The notes under the pieces are model-generated. The model was not told where the DNA came from, did no database searches, and saw nothing but the letters and a program-made list of their open reading frames with translations. Positions 27,545-36,646 of a stretch of DNA of 64,000 nucleotides are shown piece by piece (the first letter of the stretch is position 1; every line of letters begins with the position of its first letter). Source of the DNA: a virus. The position numbers and the translations under genes are program-made. The stretch lies in the IMG/VR virus record IMGVR_UViG_3300021185_001231, one strand, 5' to 3'.

Positions 27545-28765
27545 TTAGTTCCTAGTTGGTTTATCCCATCCTTTAAGTATATCAGGTGAAAAGTTATTGT
27601 ATGAGAACTCCATACGATCAACTAACTTCACCGCATCACCACCAATTACATCAATAGCTACGTAACCTTCTTCTCCAGTTACCTTGTAACCATTGGGTGT
27701 TTTGACAAATGTGTCAATTTTCTTCAATCTGTTAAGTTTATTTATAAGAATTAACTTCGCAAGTACGATACTTTTTTGTAATTCATACATGCTAATAAGA
27801 GATTTTCTGTTCTGAGGAGAGAAGAATTTTAGTATTTCGTCTAACTTCTTCTGCTGAACACCTTTACCCTTCTCAGTCTTTCTCTTATCTATCTCTTTCT
27901 GGTACTTAGATTCTATCCATTTCAACAATCCTTTTACGTGCATAGAAGTGTCACCTATGATCATTCCTTTGCGCACTAAAGTGTTGTTGTATTGTTCCAG
28001 TAGTTGTGCGAGATCTTGATTACTCTCCAGTTGTCGTAAAGTAGTCCCAGATATCTTATTAAACAGGACTCCACAAGTACTTAGGTGTTTATTAACTTCC
28101 TCAGTTTCCTTCTCATTCATTGTCGCACTAGAGACATCACGCAACATTGCATCCTGTGACCATACGTTTACAGAATTGCGAAATTTCGACACGTCAACAC
28201 CATATGTCGCTCGCATCGACTCAAATGTATCGCCAGTGTATGTTGTGTGCCACACAATACCGATCTTCGCACGAAGTATTTCTTTAGCTTGTTCTACTGG
28301 AACTGCATACGCAATAGTGTTTGGATGAAACACAACATAACTTGTACCGTCAATCTTTTTCTTAGATAAATCTTGTTTTGAAAACAGGAAGTCACCTTGG
28401 ACAACTCCTTTGATTCCTAATTCTGGAAGATACTTTAATGCATCTTTCATCTTTGAAGCCAAGTCTCCAGACATATCCCTATCAATTTCTTCATCTGTCT
28501 TATAAACTTTTGGGTTCTTGGCGAAGATTCCTTTCTTCGCTACAAAGAACTTGCCGTCCGAAGGATCTTGTCCAGCGAACACAGCGGGTGCGCCATCCCA
28601 TTTTACTGAGAGTTTGGAAGATTTCTTCCCAGCCAACATATCTCGCAAACTCCTTAATGCAAAGATAGCCTGACGTGTGCCATTCACACCCCCATAGAGA
28701 ACCTTATCCTCTATGTGGGTCATGTGAGTGTTCTTTTGTTCTGTTATAAATTGATTAAATTGCAT
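27545..28765 (-). CDS. DUF6267-like protein with ligase (covalent nucleotidyltransferase) motifs and CTS-like N-terminus
   Basis: MQFNQFITE; H.EHxED-like HMTHIED; KWDG, QGD, EGYV, VKLV. Confidence 0.65.
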   Translation of the reverse strand: MQFNQFITEQKNTHMTHIEDKVLYGGVNGTRQAIFALRSLRDMLAGKKSSKLSVKWDGAPAVFAGQDPSDGKFFVAKKGIFAKNPKVYKTDEEIDRDMSGDLASKMKDALKYLPELGIKGVVQGDFLFSKQDLSKKKIDGTSYVVFHPNTIAYAVPVEQAKEILRAKIGIVWHTTYTGDTFESMRATYGVDVSKFRNSVNVWSQDAMLRDVSSATMNEKETEEVNKHLSTCGVLFNKISGTTLRQLESNQDLAQLLEQYNNTLVRKGMIIGDTSMHVKGLLKWIESKYQKEIDKRKTEKGKGVQQKKLDEILKFFSPQNRKSLISMYELQKSIVLAKLILINKLNRLKKIDTFVKTPNGYKVTGEEGYVAIDVIGGDAVKLVDRMEFSYNNFSPDILKGWDKPTRN

Positions 28766-28773
28766 TTATATAC

Positions 28774-30186
28774 CTAGTATAACTTAGCGAATGGCCCAAA
28801 AAGAGAACCCTTTTTCTGTGCTAAATACCCAATATCACTTAACATATCATTAAGTTTATCACCTTTAGCTTTAGAAAAAATAATATTTAAGAGATCTAAT
28901 TGCATCAACTTACTGTTCGCAACGTCTGAATCAATGGTTTTAAATATTTCTGATACATTGTCGGCAAATTCCTCTCCTGTACGAACCCCTAGATTTATAT
29001 GTCCAGTCTTTTTTAAAGACTCAAATCTAGAAATGTGAACATCTCTTTCTTTATCAAACTCTTCAGAGTTTCTAGGATAATTTTTCCAACTTCTCCATCT
29101 TTGGGGTTCTAATCTATTAGACCTAAAAGCTTGACTAACCATGTCTAAAGGAGCTTTACCCAGTCTAGCACCAGTTGCCGAGATATCTGTAGCCTCAACC
29201 TTGAGGTTATTAAATCCTTTACTGTTCTGTCTAATCTGAAACTTTATAGTTTGTTTACTGGAACCAATTTTTAATGTGGAGTCAGTATTAGTAAAAGTTT
29301 TCTGATTTGATTTTAGAGAAAATAAACATTGTCCCTCATCGAAAGAAAACGAATATTCGTCACCATCAAACACATCAGAATTATCTAGGTTCACCAATTC
29401 CCATCTAGCGTATTTACCAGACATTTTCTTTAGAGAAATACCCACGACAGTTCTATCGTGGAACATGTCTCTGAGAATAAGATTGAATTCTTGTAGACTC
29501 GTAGTATTGTCTTTAATCTTAGAATCTAGAGTTCTTTTTACAGAATTTAAATCTTTAACTAACCAGATGTCAGCTGGGTTCCAATTGTCTTTTTTACTTA
29601 TACCATACAGTTTAGAACATGTTTGTGTAATATAATCCATAAAACCACCATCACGAGAATAGTGACCAAACTTAAATTTACCACCCTTATTGATCTGATC
29701 ATAGGTAGTTTTTTGTTGTTCGAATAGAGTATTCTCCCAATCCTCATTTAAGTTTGGATATATTTCGACCAGTTTATCACGATGTTCACTGAAAAATTTT
29801 GTTCTGTCTGTATACTTTCCGTTCTCCAAAGCCATTTCTATAGAATAAAGAGAGGCAAGTTCTTGCATAGCTGTTGTTTTAGCGTCTGGTTTTCCTGTAC
29901 CACCCATACCACTATACGGAGATTTGTCAATTTTAGTCCAAGTATTGCCATTAAATATTGGTATAAATTTTCCAGATTTTAAAGTGGTTCCTCTCATTGA
30001 GAGATTAACATTTGATATGTTATTATCATTTACACCTTTAATAAATTTCTTTATTTCTTTTGTTATCTCAATCTTTTCTTTGGATCCATTTATAAACTTT
30101 ATTTTGTTTCCTTTTTCGATATCGGAAGCTACCATCTTAAGGTATGGTTTATTAAATTCAGCTTCCTTTCCTCCAAGCGCAGCCAT
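28774..30186 (-). CDS. putative PD-(D/E)XK restriction-endonuclease-like protein
   Basis: QE helix, WNPADIW, GISLKK. Confidence 0.5.
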   Translation of the reverse strand: MAALGGKEAEFNKPYLKMVASDIEKGNKIKFINGSKEKIEITKEIKKFIKGVNDNNISNVNLSMRGTTLKSGKFIPIFNGNTWTKIDKSPYSGMGGTGKPDAKTTAMQELASLYSIEMALENGKYTDRTKFFSEHRDKLVEIYPNLNEDWENTLFEQQKTTYDQINKGGKFKFGHYSRDGGFMDYITQTCSKLYGISKKDNWNPADIWLVKDLNSVKRTLDSKIKDNTTSLQEFNLILRDMFHDRTVVGISLKKMSGKYARWELVNLDNSDVFDGDEYSFSFDEGQCLFSLKSNQKTFTNTDSTLKIGSSKQTIKFQIRQNSKGFNNLKVEATDISATGARLGKAPLDMVSQAFRSNRLEPQRWRSWKNYPRNSEEFDKERDVHISRFESLKKTGHINLGVRTGEEFADNVSEIFKTIDSDVANSKLMQLDLLNIIFSKAKGDKLNDMLSDIGYLAQKKGSLFGPFAKLY

Positions 30187-30226
30187 AATTTTATCCTCTA
30201 ACCTAATTGAAGAATGATTATATCAC

Positions 30227-30234
30227 TATTTATA
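30227..30234 (-). promoter_or_regulatory. T4-type late promoter TATAAATA
   Basis: exact consensus upstream of the 30186-21469 block. Confidence 0.6.
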
Positions 30235-30910
30235 ACAAAACGCAAGTAGATTCTTGTTCCTTATTATATTTTGCGATAGTTTCTCTGAGGGGACGAACCC
30301 AATTGTCACGATGTTCGACAAATATTTGTGGTTCATTAGCACCATCAACAGATATGATAGTGACTAACTGAGTGATAGGAAGACCAGTTCTTTCTTCAAA
30401 CATAATAGCATAAGCAGCTTCTTGCATGAAGTAATTGTTAATCCAGGCTTTACGTTTCGGTTTCATTGCAGTTTTAAAATCAATGATAGATAGTTTGCCG
30501 TTGTATTCTGCGATACAGTCAACACGACCAGCAACACCAAGATGGTTGCTGTAGAGGGGTGCTTCTTGCGCATAGACCTTACCAATGTTATCATCTAGAA
30601 TAGACTTAACATCATTTAGGGATGCTACGATATCGGGAGTGTAACCATCCCTGTAGTCAGGATCATTATTAATATACTTCTCAATGATTTCGTGAACAGA
30701 AGTTCCACGAGTAGATGCGCGATAGGATATTCGGTTAGCTTCTTTTTCTCCAACCCTAGCACGCCACTTCGCTATGGATTCTCTACTTAGAATAGATAGG
30801 ACTGTAGTTATAGAAGGTAAGTTTACACCTTCAGGTGTTTCGTACTGACGACCTTTATCGGTAGTTACCGCAGTCATCTCTTTCAATTCAATATCAACAT
30901 GATTGAACAT
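30230..30910 (-). CDS. PD-(D/E)XK exonuclease (Cas4/RecB-like)
   Basis: PSITTVL, RGTSVH, E, AGRVD, IIDFKT, Q..AYA. Confidence 0.85.
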   Translation of the reverse strand: MFNHVDIELKEMTAVTTDKGRQYETPEGVNLPSITTVLSILSRESIAKWRARVGEKEANRISYRASTRGTSVHEIIEKYINNDPDYRDGYTPDIVASLNDVKSILDDNIGKVYAQEAPLYSNHLGVAGRVDCIAEYNGKLSIIDFKTAMKPKRKAWINNYFMQEAAYAIMFEERTGLPITQLVTIISVDGANEPQIFVEHRDNWVRPLRETIAKYNKEQESTCVLL

Positions 30911-30944
30911 TACAAGTTCTCACTTTAATCATTAATGTAGGGGA

Positions 30945-30973
30945 ATTATAACACACTTTTCATTCATTGTCAA
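30945..30973 (-). promoter_or_regulatory. sigma70-type promoter
   Basis: TTGACA-N17-TATAAT. Confidence 0.85.
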
Positions 30974-31659
30974 GCATTTTTTAATTTTCTTAGTCTTCTT
31001 TTTTCTAGTTTCTCGTGCATTGCAAGACACTCGGCACGGAACTCTTTCTCTTCTCGAAGTTTCTCCATACGTTTTCGAGACTCCATCCACGCATCAAATG
31101 TGAGGGGAGTTCTAGATTTTCCTACAGACAACTTTCTTTGCTTGAATTGAGACTTAAGAATATCTCTTTCTTTAGTTCCCATAAAGGTACCAACTAATTT
31201 CAGGAGAGTTCTTCGAAAAGATCTACCATGATGCATATGACCTAGACAGTGTGTAAGTTCATGAATGAGAGTGTATCTATTGAATCCGCCATCAGAGTTT
31301 AGTACTACAGTGAATCCATCAGTTTTACCACTGAATCGACTACTCTTTCTTTGCATTTCAACTATCTTAGGTTGACTCCTAACCAATGACAACACATCTT
31401 CTTCAACACTTTCCATCCAAAGATTTCTCCAAGTCTTAGACTTGTATATTCGCTTTGCGTATTTTTTAGCTTCCTCAATAGTATCGAACTCAATGTCTTC
31501 GATCTTTCTCTGAAAGTCCCACTCAGCACTATAGGTCCTAGTTCTTTCGGTATCTCTACCACGACTGCCTTTATTTTGTTTGTTGATATGGTTTCCTAAG
31601 TACTGGTTGTACTTATATTCGTCAGAGTCATAGACAGGGTAGTCAAAGTAATTATACAT
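30970..31659 (-). CDS. zincin-like HExxH metallohydrolase
   Basis: IHELTH...HHGRSF. Confidence 0.7.
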   Translation of the reverse strand: MYNYFDYPVYDSDEYKYNQYLGNHINKQNKGSRGRDTERTRTYSAEWDFQRKIEDIEFDTIEEAKKYAKRIYKSKTWRNLWMESVEEDVLSLVRSQPKIVEMQRKSSRFSGKTDGFTVVLNSDGGFNRYTLIHELTHCLGHMHHGRSFRRTLLKLVGTFMGTKERDILKSQFKQRKLSVGKSRTPLTFDAWMESRKRMEKLREEKEFRAECLAMHEKLEKRRLRKLKNA

Positions 31660-31832
31660 TACTGACCCCCAACAAAAGCGTATCGAGGATTTTCACAGAA
31701 CATTCCAACTTCATCAAAACCTAGAAGACAGAAACCATCTAAAGGATCGGTACCAGCTTCGTACTCTACTAGTTCATAACCAGAACGAAATTCTCTAACA
31801 TCTTTTATATCTACTTTAATCACTTTCATAAT
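31659..31832 (-). CDS. hypothetical early protein
   Basis: likely start MKVIKV after GAGAGAG SD. Confidence 0.55.
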   Translation of the reverse strand: MMKVIKVDIKDVREFRSGYELVEYEAGTDPLDGFCLLGFDEVGMFCENPRYAFVGGQ

Positions 31833-31866
31833 ATATTCTCTCTCAGTTCTCATAATCAATACAAGT

Positions 31867-31895
31867 ATTATACTTTATTGGGCAAGTATTGTCAA
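31867..31895 (-). promoter_or_regulatory. sigma70-type early promoter
   Basis: TTGACA-N17-TATAAT with A/T-rich UP element. Confidence 0.85.
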
Positions 31896-31923
31896 GTATT
31901 ATTTTGAAAATAAGTTAAATAAT

Positions 31924-32160
31924 TTAGTGTTCGAACTCAAATCCTTCAAAGAAGTCTACGAATTCTCGGTAGTCTTCGAATTTAAAGAAGAAAAATTTGT
32001 GAGAGTCATCAGGGTTAGAATGTCTTTGTCGATGATAATTTTTAGGTTCGAAATTATTTTTGCAGAAGTAGGTAGCTGTCCAATAGGCCATAGTGGAGTA
32101 TGTATAGGGGGTCTCACTCATCCAAGATTGCTTGAAGTCTGATATCTCTTGCGGTGTCAC
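31924..32160 (-). CDS. hypothetical early protein
   Basis: coupled ORF. Confidence 0.6.
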   Translation of the reverse strand: MTPQEISDFKQSWMSETPYTYSTMAYWTATYFCKNNFEPKNYHRQRHSNPDDSHKFFFFKFEDYREFVDFFEGFEFEH

Positions 32161-32387
32161 TAGTCAATTTCCTCTACGGTTACTCTGTACATCTTTCCAT
32201 TAACATCTACAACATCTACCCATTTTAATGTAGATACCATATAACCTTCTTCTGGTTCAAGATCCATCTTAACCAACCCAACAGATTCGACAATACCTTC
32301 ACCAATCCTATCTTTTTCTAAAGCTGGTTTGAGTATAGTATGAGCGATGTAATCACAGTAGGCCATATTCATAATCATCTCACCCAT
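32160..32387 (-). CDS. hypothetical early protein
   Basis: coupled ORF. Confidence 0.6.
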   Translation of the reverse strand: MGEMIMNMAYCDYIAHTILKPALEKDRIGEGIVESVGLVKMDLEPEEGYMVSTLKWVDVVDVNGKMYRVTVEEID

Positions 32388-32590
32388 ATGTGTGTGTATT
32401 TAGAAGGCATGTTCTCACAAGTGTAGTTATCTCCTTCAACATAATTCATAACATCAACGCATTTTCCGGTGGCATTACTTACATAAACTTCTGGCGTGTT
32501 AAGTGCGTTCATAATAATCGATAAGAATGTCAGTACAAAAATAACCAATACAATACCACCCAAAATATCTTTCAAAGTTTGTTTACTCAT
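32375..32590 (-). CDS. small membrane-anchored protein
   Basis: TM helix then P.V..S..TG.CV...C; likely start MSKQTL. Confidence 0.6.
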   Translation of the reverse strand: MSKQTLKDILGGIVLVIFVLTFLSIIMNALNTPEVYVSNATGKCVDVMNYVEGDNYTCENMPSKYTHIWVR

Positions 32591-32700
32591 CTTCTTCTCC
32601 GATATAGTTTCCATAATAATCGTAGTTGGGGTCTTCCCTCATTTTTTTCATCGATTCAATTTCGTATTGTCCGGTGGCACACATAAAAAAGTGCAGAATC

Positions 32701-32883
32701 TTATTCAATAAACTCATCATCTTCCTCCAAAACCTCAAGTAACATTTCCAAACGATTTCTTTCTTTGATAATTCTTTCCGACATATAGTCCGGTAAGTGG
32801 TCAAAGTCTCCATCTTGCATAAGGAGAATAAATCCTTCTAACTCCTCAGACAGTTCTTTGTGCGCTATAGCTAGTGGGGTCAT
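32701..32883 (-). CDS. acidic hypothetical early protein
   Basis: AAGGAG SD directly after the promoter. Confidence 0.65.
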   Translation of the reverse strand: MTPLAIAHKELSEELEGFILLMQDGDFDHLPDYMSERIIKERNRLEMLLEVLEEDDEFIE

Positions 32884-32909
32884 AATATCTCCTTATTATC
32901 AATACAAGT

Positions 32910-32938
32910 ATTATAACAGATTAAACAAACATTGTCAA
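32910..32938 (-). promoter_or_regulatory. sigma70-type early promoter
   Basis: TTGACA-N17-TATAAT. Confidence 0.85.
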
Positions 32939-32943
32939 CAGTC

Positions 32944-33339
32944 TTACCAACATTTTTCGTAGAGAATATCTTCAAGATCGTATGCTTCGACTTCCCAAGG
33001 TTCCTCTCCATTAGTATCCATCCCCTTCCAAGTATCGCCCTGATCGTTTATTTCTCCTCGCAACCATTGCTTTGCGTGAACCATCTCATGAGCTAAGGTT
33101 TTCATCATAGATTCCACACCCAAAGGGTTTCCTCGACTGGTTCTTGCAATATCAATTTCAACTTCTTCTCTATCGCCCAGACAATATCCTTGGGCATCGG
33201 AATCCAATTCATTTTTAAATGTAACAGTAATAGATTTTGTACGGAGTCGGTGAATACCTAACTCTTTAGATAACGCATGGATGTAAGATTCCACACGTTT
33301 TTTGTTTTTAATACGACCTGAAATATATAACAAATTCAT
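32944..33339 (-). CDS. SprT/IrrE-like HExxH metalloprotease
   Basis: LAHEMVHAKQ...PWEVEA; start moved downstream of the promoter. Confidence 0.75.
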   Translation of the reverse strand: MNLLYISGRIKNKKRVESYIHALSKELGIHRLRTKSITVTFKNELDSDAQGYCLGDREEVEIDIARTSRGNPLGVESMMKTLAHEMVHAKQWLRGEINDQGDTWKGMDTNGEEPWEVEAYDLEDILYEKCW

Positions 33340-33366
33340 ATGAACATCTCTCAGTAGTAAGTAGAC

Positions 33367-33395
33367 ATTGTACCACATACTGAGAGGAATGTCAA
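33367..33395 (-). promoter_or_regulatory. sigma70-type promoter
   Basis: TTGACA-N17-TACAAT with TG. Confidence 0.75.
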
Positions 33396-33404
33396 GTCTT
33401 TTTT

Positions 33405-33569
33405 TTATTTATCTTCAGACTTTAATAATGTCCAAAGACCGTAACCAAGGCCTACCCAAGCGATAAGTTTAGCAATACCACCAAATAAAATAACCGAACC
33501 ACAGATACCCACCAAAGTGATTCCGTCCCAAGATGTTCTTTCACCCATTAACTTTTTTAAGTATGACAT
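33405..33569 (-). CDS. 54-aa two-TM membrane protein (not in ORF track)
   Basis: MSYLKKLMGERTSWDGITLVGICGSVILFGGIAKLIAWVGLGYGLWTLLKSEDK. Confidence 0.65.
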   Translation of the reverse strand: MSYLKKLMGERTSWDGITLVGICGSVILFGGIAKLIAWVGLGYGLWTLLKSEDK

Positions 33570-34340
33570 TTATTTATCCTCTTCTATCCAATTATCCAGA
33601 TGTTCAATATAAGCACCAATATTATGATCACTAAAATTATCTATGCGGCCGACTTTGATGCCCATCCACATCCCTCTTAATTTATCTTTGACTCTTTGCC
33701 AAGTAGTTAAATCACGGACCTTACCATAAGCGTTAATGTAACAAGAATCTCCGTGATGGGTATAACCCATTAATACTAAAGGAACTGTAGTAACGATATC
33801 GTTGTTATTTCTCCATCGATAATGTTTTACTGGGAGACTTTGACAGTATTTTCTCCAACCAACTCTAGGGGAACCGTAAGTGTAAAGTTCCTCAACATTA
33901 GGCATATCCTCGTCCAGAGTACACCTTGCAGCTATGATAGTTGCCATTGCGGCACCTAGACTATGACCAGTCACCCATAAAGTTCTTTTTGCGAAAACTT
34001 TAGGTACTAGATCTTCTTTTATCATAGGCCAGAGTTCATCTACCTCTCCTTTAAATCCTCGATGAACCCTACTTATAGTTTCGGAAATAACAGGTATCGC
34101 TTTGAGGTCAGCACTAATATCATTAAACTCGGTAGGTTGCGTTCCTCTACAAGCAATAACTAAATCTTTTTTATTCTGAAAACGATATGCCTGAGCACCA
34201 TCCTTATCATAAAATTCTACTTGAGTAAAACCAAGTTTCTTAGATTCCTTTTTAGCTTCCTTCAAAGGTAGGTAAGCGATAGCACTAAGCTTTGCGAACA
34301 AGGAACTTCTCTCGCGGACATTGGTCAATAATATACTCAT
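33570..34340 (-). CDS. class 3 lipase
   Basis: ACRGT, VHRGF, TGHSLGAA nucleophile elbow, YGSPRVG, D.V..VP, DH. Confidence 0.92.
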   Translation of the reverse strand: MSILLTNVRERSSLFAKLSAIAYLPLKEAKKESKKLGFTQVEFYDKDGAQAYRFQNKKDLVIACRGTQPTEFNDISADLKAIPVISETISRVHRGFKGEVDELWPMIKEDLVPKVFAKRTLWVTGHSLGAAMATIIAARCTLDEDMPNVEELYTYGSPRVGWRKYCQSLPVKHYRWRNNNDIVTTVPLVLMGYTHHGDSCYINAYGKVRDLTTWQRVKDKLRGMWMGIKVGRIDNFSDHNIGAYIEHLDNWIEEDK

Positions 34341-34618
34341 AGTTCTTTCTCCAATTCTATAATTCTATCTTCTAGTTGATCTATTTTTCTGGCAATGTTG
34401 GGGTTTACTTTCTTCCAAGCATTGGGATCTTGGGTTAACCAAGTCCATTCATACTTCTCAACTAAACTATCTATTAAAGTGTCCCACTTACCGAATGTCC
34501 ACATAGCGATTTTAGTATCCCTCATGTATGCGATAAACAATGCACCTAGAATACTTCCACCTATAGCGGTGTAGACCCACAGAGTGTCACCAAACATACG
34601 TTCAATATTTTCCCACAT
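34337..34618 (-). CDS. small membrane protein
   Basis: N-terminal TM and C-terminal coiled coil. Confidence 0.65.
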   Translation of the reverse strand: MWENIERMFGDTLWVYTAIGGSILGALFIAYMRDTKIAMWTFGKWDTLIDSLVEKYEWTWLTQDPNAWKKVNPNIARKIDQLEDRIIELEKEL

Positions 34619-34816
34619 AACTACAATCCTTTATGAAATTTAAGCAACTTCTTAAGTCGGTTAAGTTTTTTGGTATACCTAGGACCTTTATTAGATAAGA
34701 GTCTTATCTCTTTTTCTAGTTTTATTCCGTAAGTATCAAGTTTATCACCATCAACAAAAACCTTCCGGTTTTCTTTAATGTCAATACTCCATTCTTTCAT
34801 AATATATATTCCTTAA

Positions 34817-35512
34817 TTATCTAGTCTTATTTTTCTTCTCTTGTGATACCCATTTCTTAGCAAGTCTAGATGATGGAGGTTTCTTTGACCATTGTCCCAC
34901 ACCTTTATATGCTGCCATAGTTTCTTTCTTAAAATCTTTTCCATCACTGTTATCAACTATGTATGTGTTCGATTTTCCAAACATCTGTTGAAACTTTCCA
35001 ATATTATCTTGTACAGCCTGCCACATAGGAGACAACATTTTTTTACCGATAGATCTTTTACGTTGTGCATCACGATCTACAGCTGTATCAAGGTTAGTGT
35101 TGACAATAATAATGGCAGTTTCATAACCCATTTTTTCAAGTTCTTTTTTCTGCTTCAACATCTTATCAGCATCTTTACCTGTACCATCGATAACAATACC
35201 AAGACGACCCTTAAGGTACATCTCTTTCTTAGTTGATGTAAGTTCTGTTGCCTTACCTCTGAGTTCTTGACCTTTAACAGAGAATATATTATCTGGACTC
35301 ATTTCCATTCCAGCTTTCTTCATTGCATTCTCAAACGCATCATCAGAATTTATTACTCTAAAACCAAAAGAAGTCAGAGCAGTTTTTCCAGCAATAAAAG
35401 ATTTTCCTGAACCCGGCCCTCCAGCAAGGAACACCGCTTTAAATATAGCAGGATCATTTACACCTTCTTCGAGATGTTCCAGTTCCTCACAGAATTGTTT
35501 AAACTTTTTCAC
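34817..35512 (-). CDS. P-loop kinase (zeta-toxin/AAA_33-like) with CTS-like N-terminus
   Basis: GGPGSGKS, INSDD, VIDGTG, R...R lid, VDNS; MKKFKQFCEE. Confidence 0.8.
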   Translation of the reverse strand: MKKFKQFCEELEHLEEGVNDPAIFKAVFLAGGPGSGKSFIAGKTALTSFGFRVINSDDAFENAMKKAGMEMSPDNIFSVKGQELRGKATELTSTKKEMYLKGRLGIVIDGTGKDADKMLKQKKELEKMGYETAIIIVNTNLDTAVDRDAQRKRSIGKKMLSPMWQAVQDNIGKFQQMFGKSNTYIVDNSDGKDFKKETMAAYKGVGQWSKKPPSSRLAKKWVSQEKKNKTR

Positions 35513-35515
35513 GAT

Positions 35516-35776
35516 TTATCCTTTTGACCACAAATGAAGTGCGATATCTATTAATTCGGCCTTTTTAGTAGGAAGTCTTCCAGATTTTCCTTTAGATTGT
35601 ATGTATTTTTTAATTTCGGGAACAGTCATTTTTGCGAAAACTGATCTTTGTTTTTCTTTATCTTGTCTAGAAGGTCCATTAAGAACCGTTCGAATATTTT
35701 TGTCTCTTCCTTTGAAAAATAAAACTAAACCTATAACTACTACAAAAAGTACTAAAGCTACTATCTCATTACTCAT
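35516..35776 (-). CDS. N-terminal TM plus HeH/SAP-like domain protein
   Basis: TM residues ~5-21; MTVPEIKKYI...KKAELID. Confidence 0.6.
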   Translation of the reverse strand: MSNEIVALVLFVVVIGLVLFFKGRDKNIRTVLNGPSRQDKEKQRSVFAKMTVPEIKKYIQSKGKSGRLPTKKAELIDIALHLWSKG

Positions 35777-35812
35777 TTTTCTTCCCCTATATTCCTGTGT
35801 GGCAGTTTGCTT

Positions 35813-35841
35813 ATTATAACACAGAAATCTGTGTTTGTCAA
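35813..35841 (-). promoter_or_regulatory. sigma70-type promoter (late TATAAATA also at 35846-35853)
   Basis: TTGACA-N17-TATAAT. Confidence 0.75.
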
Positions 35842-35848
35842 ATACTAT

Positions 35849-36646
35849 TTATAATATATTATCTACCAATATCAAATCAAATGTAGCACTACAAGAAGTT
35901 GCTTGAGCAGCCTCAACATCAATGCGGATATCTGTTTTTTCGAGAAATTGTAGGGGTACAGGATATTCCATACGGATATTCTGTCCGCCCGCTGAATTAA
36001 ATTGCCCTTTGATTCTGGGTACACCTCCGTTAAAATCTTCTCTGACAATCAAACTGTAAATCATTGCAGAGTTAGTAGATGCCTTATCAGAACCCAGAGT
36101 TAACTCTAATAGGTATGCAGTCTTACCAGCAGGGACAGTATAAACTGCCATAAGGGTTTGACCATTGCCCGCAAGAATTATCGCCATATTTACTGGGATA
36201 CCCGCCATATTAATAGTAACGTCAGATAAGTTAATAGTGTCTAACATATATGCGCGAAAGACGCGTCCAAAAGAAAGAGTAGCGGTATCACCGATTGCAA
36301 CTTCCTCTGTCTGTTCGTTGAAGTCTAAATCTAGACCTTCGATAACCACAATGTCTCCAATATTATTAAGAGAATTGACCTCTGGAGTTCCTGTTATTGG
36401 GCCTGGGTAGGTATCATTATTATCATTACCGTCCCAGATTACTCCGGAAGTAACATCACCATCGGTAGCACCGAATTTATGGACATGTTTATATCCAGTA
36501 ATTTGTCCCGCTGCAAGCGGAATGTTACTTGCTGCACCAGAAGTATTCAGTATATTACCGTCTTTATCAGCAATCATGACTACTTCATGAAGATTGTTAT
36601 TACTGGGATTAAAATGTTCTCCCCTTTTTACTGACCATTGAGCCAT
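35849..36646 (-). CDS. conserved phage protein, probably structural
   Basis: HKFG...RVFRA...QTLMAVYTVPAGKT...EKTDI pattern; late promoter at 36691-36698. Confidence 0.55.
   Translation of the reverse strand: MAQWSVKRGEHFNPSNNNLHEVVMIADKDGNILNTSGAASNIPLAAGQITGYKHVHKFGATDGDVTSGVIWDGNDNNDTYPGPITGTPEVNSLNNIGDIVVIEGLDLDFNEQTEEVAIGDTATLSFGRVFRAYMLDTINLSDVTINMAGIPVNMAIILAGNGQTLMAVYTVPAGKTAYLLELTLGSDKASTNSAMIYSLIVREDFNGGVPRIKGQFNSAGGQNIRMEYPVPLQFLEKTDIRIDVEAAQATSCSATFDLILVDNIL

Noticed and set aside
27056-27589. 177-aa plus-strand hydrophobic ORF and the many other plus-strand ORFs in the track
   Set aside because: Antisense shadows of well-supported minus-strand genes, without SD or motifs
28763-28770. 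Late promoter TATAAATG
   Set aside because: One mismatch and it overlaps the start codon of the gene it would drive
34817-35512. Zeta toxin-antitoxin module
   Set aside because: P-loop kinase fold only; no adjacent epsilon-like antitoxin, and the CTS-like N-terminus points to a virion protein
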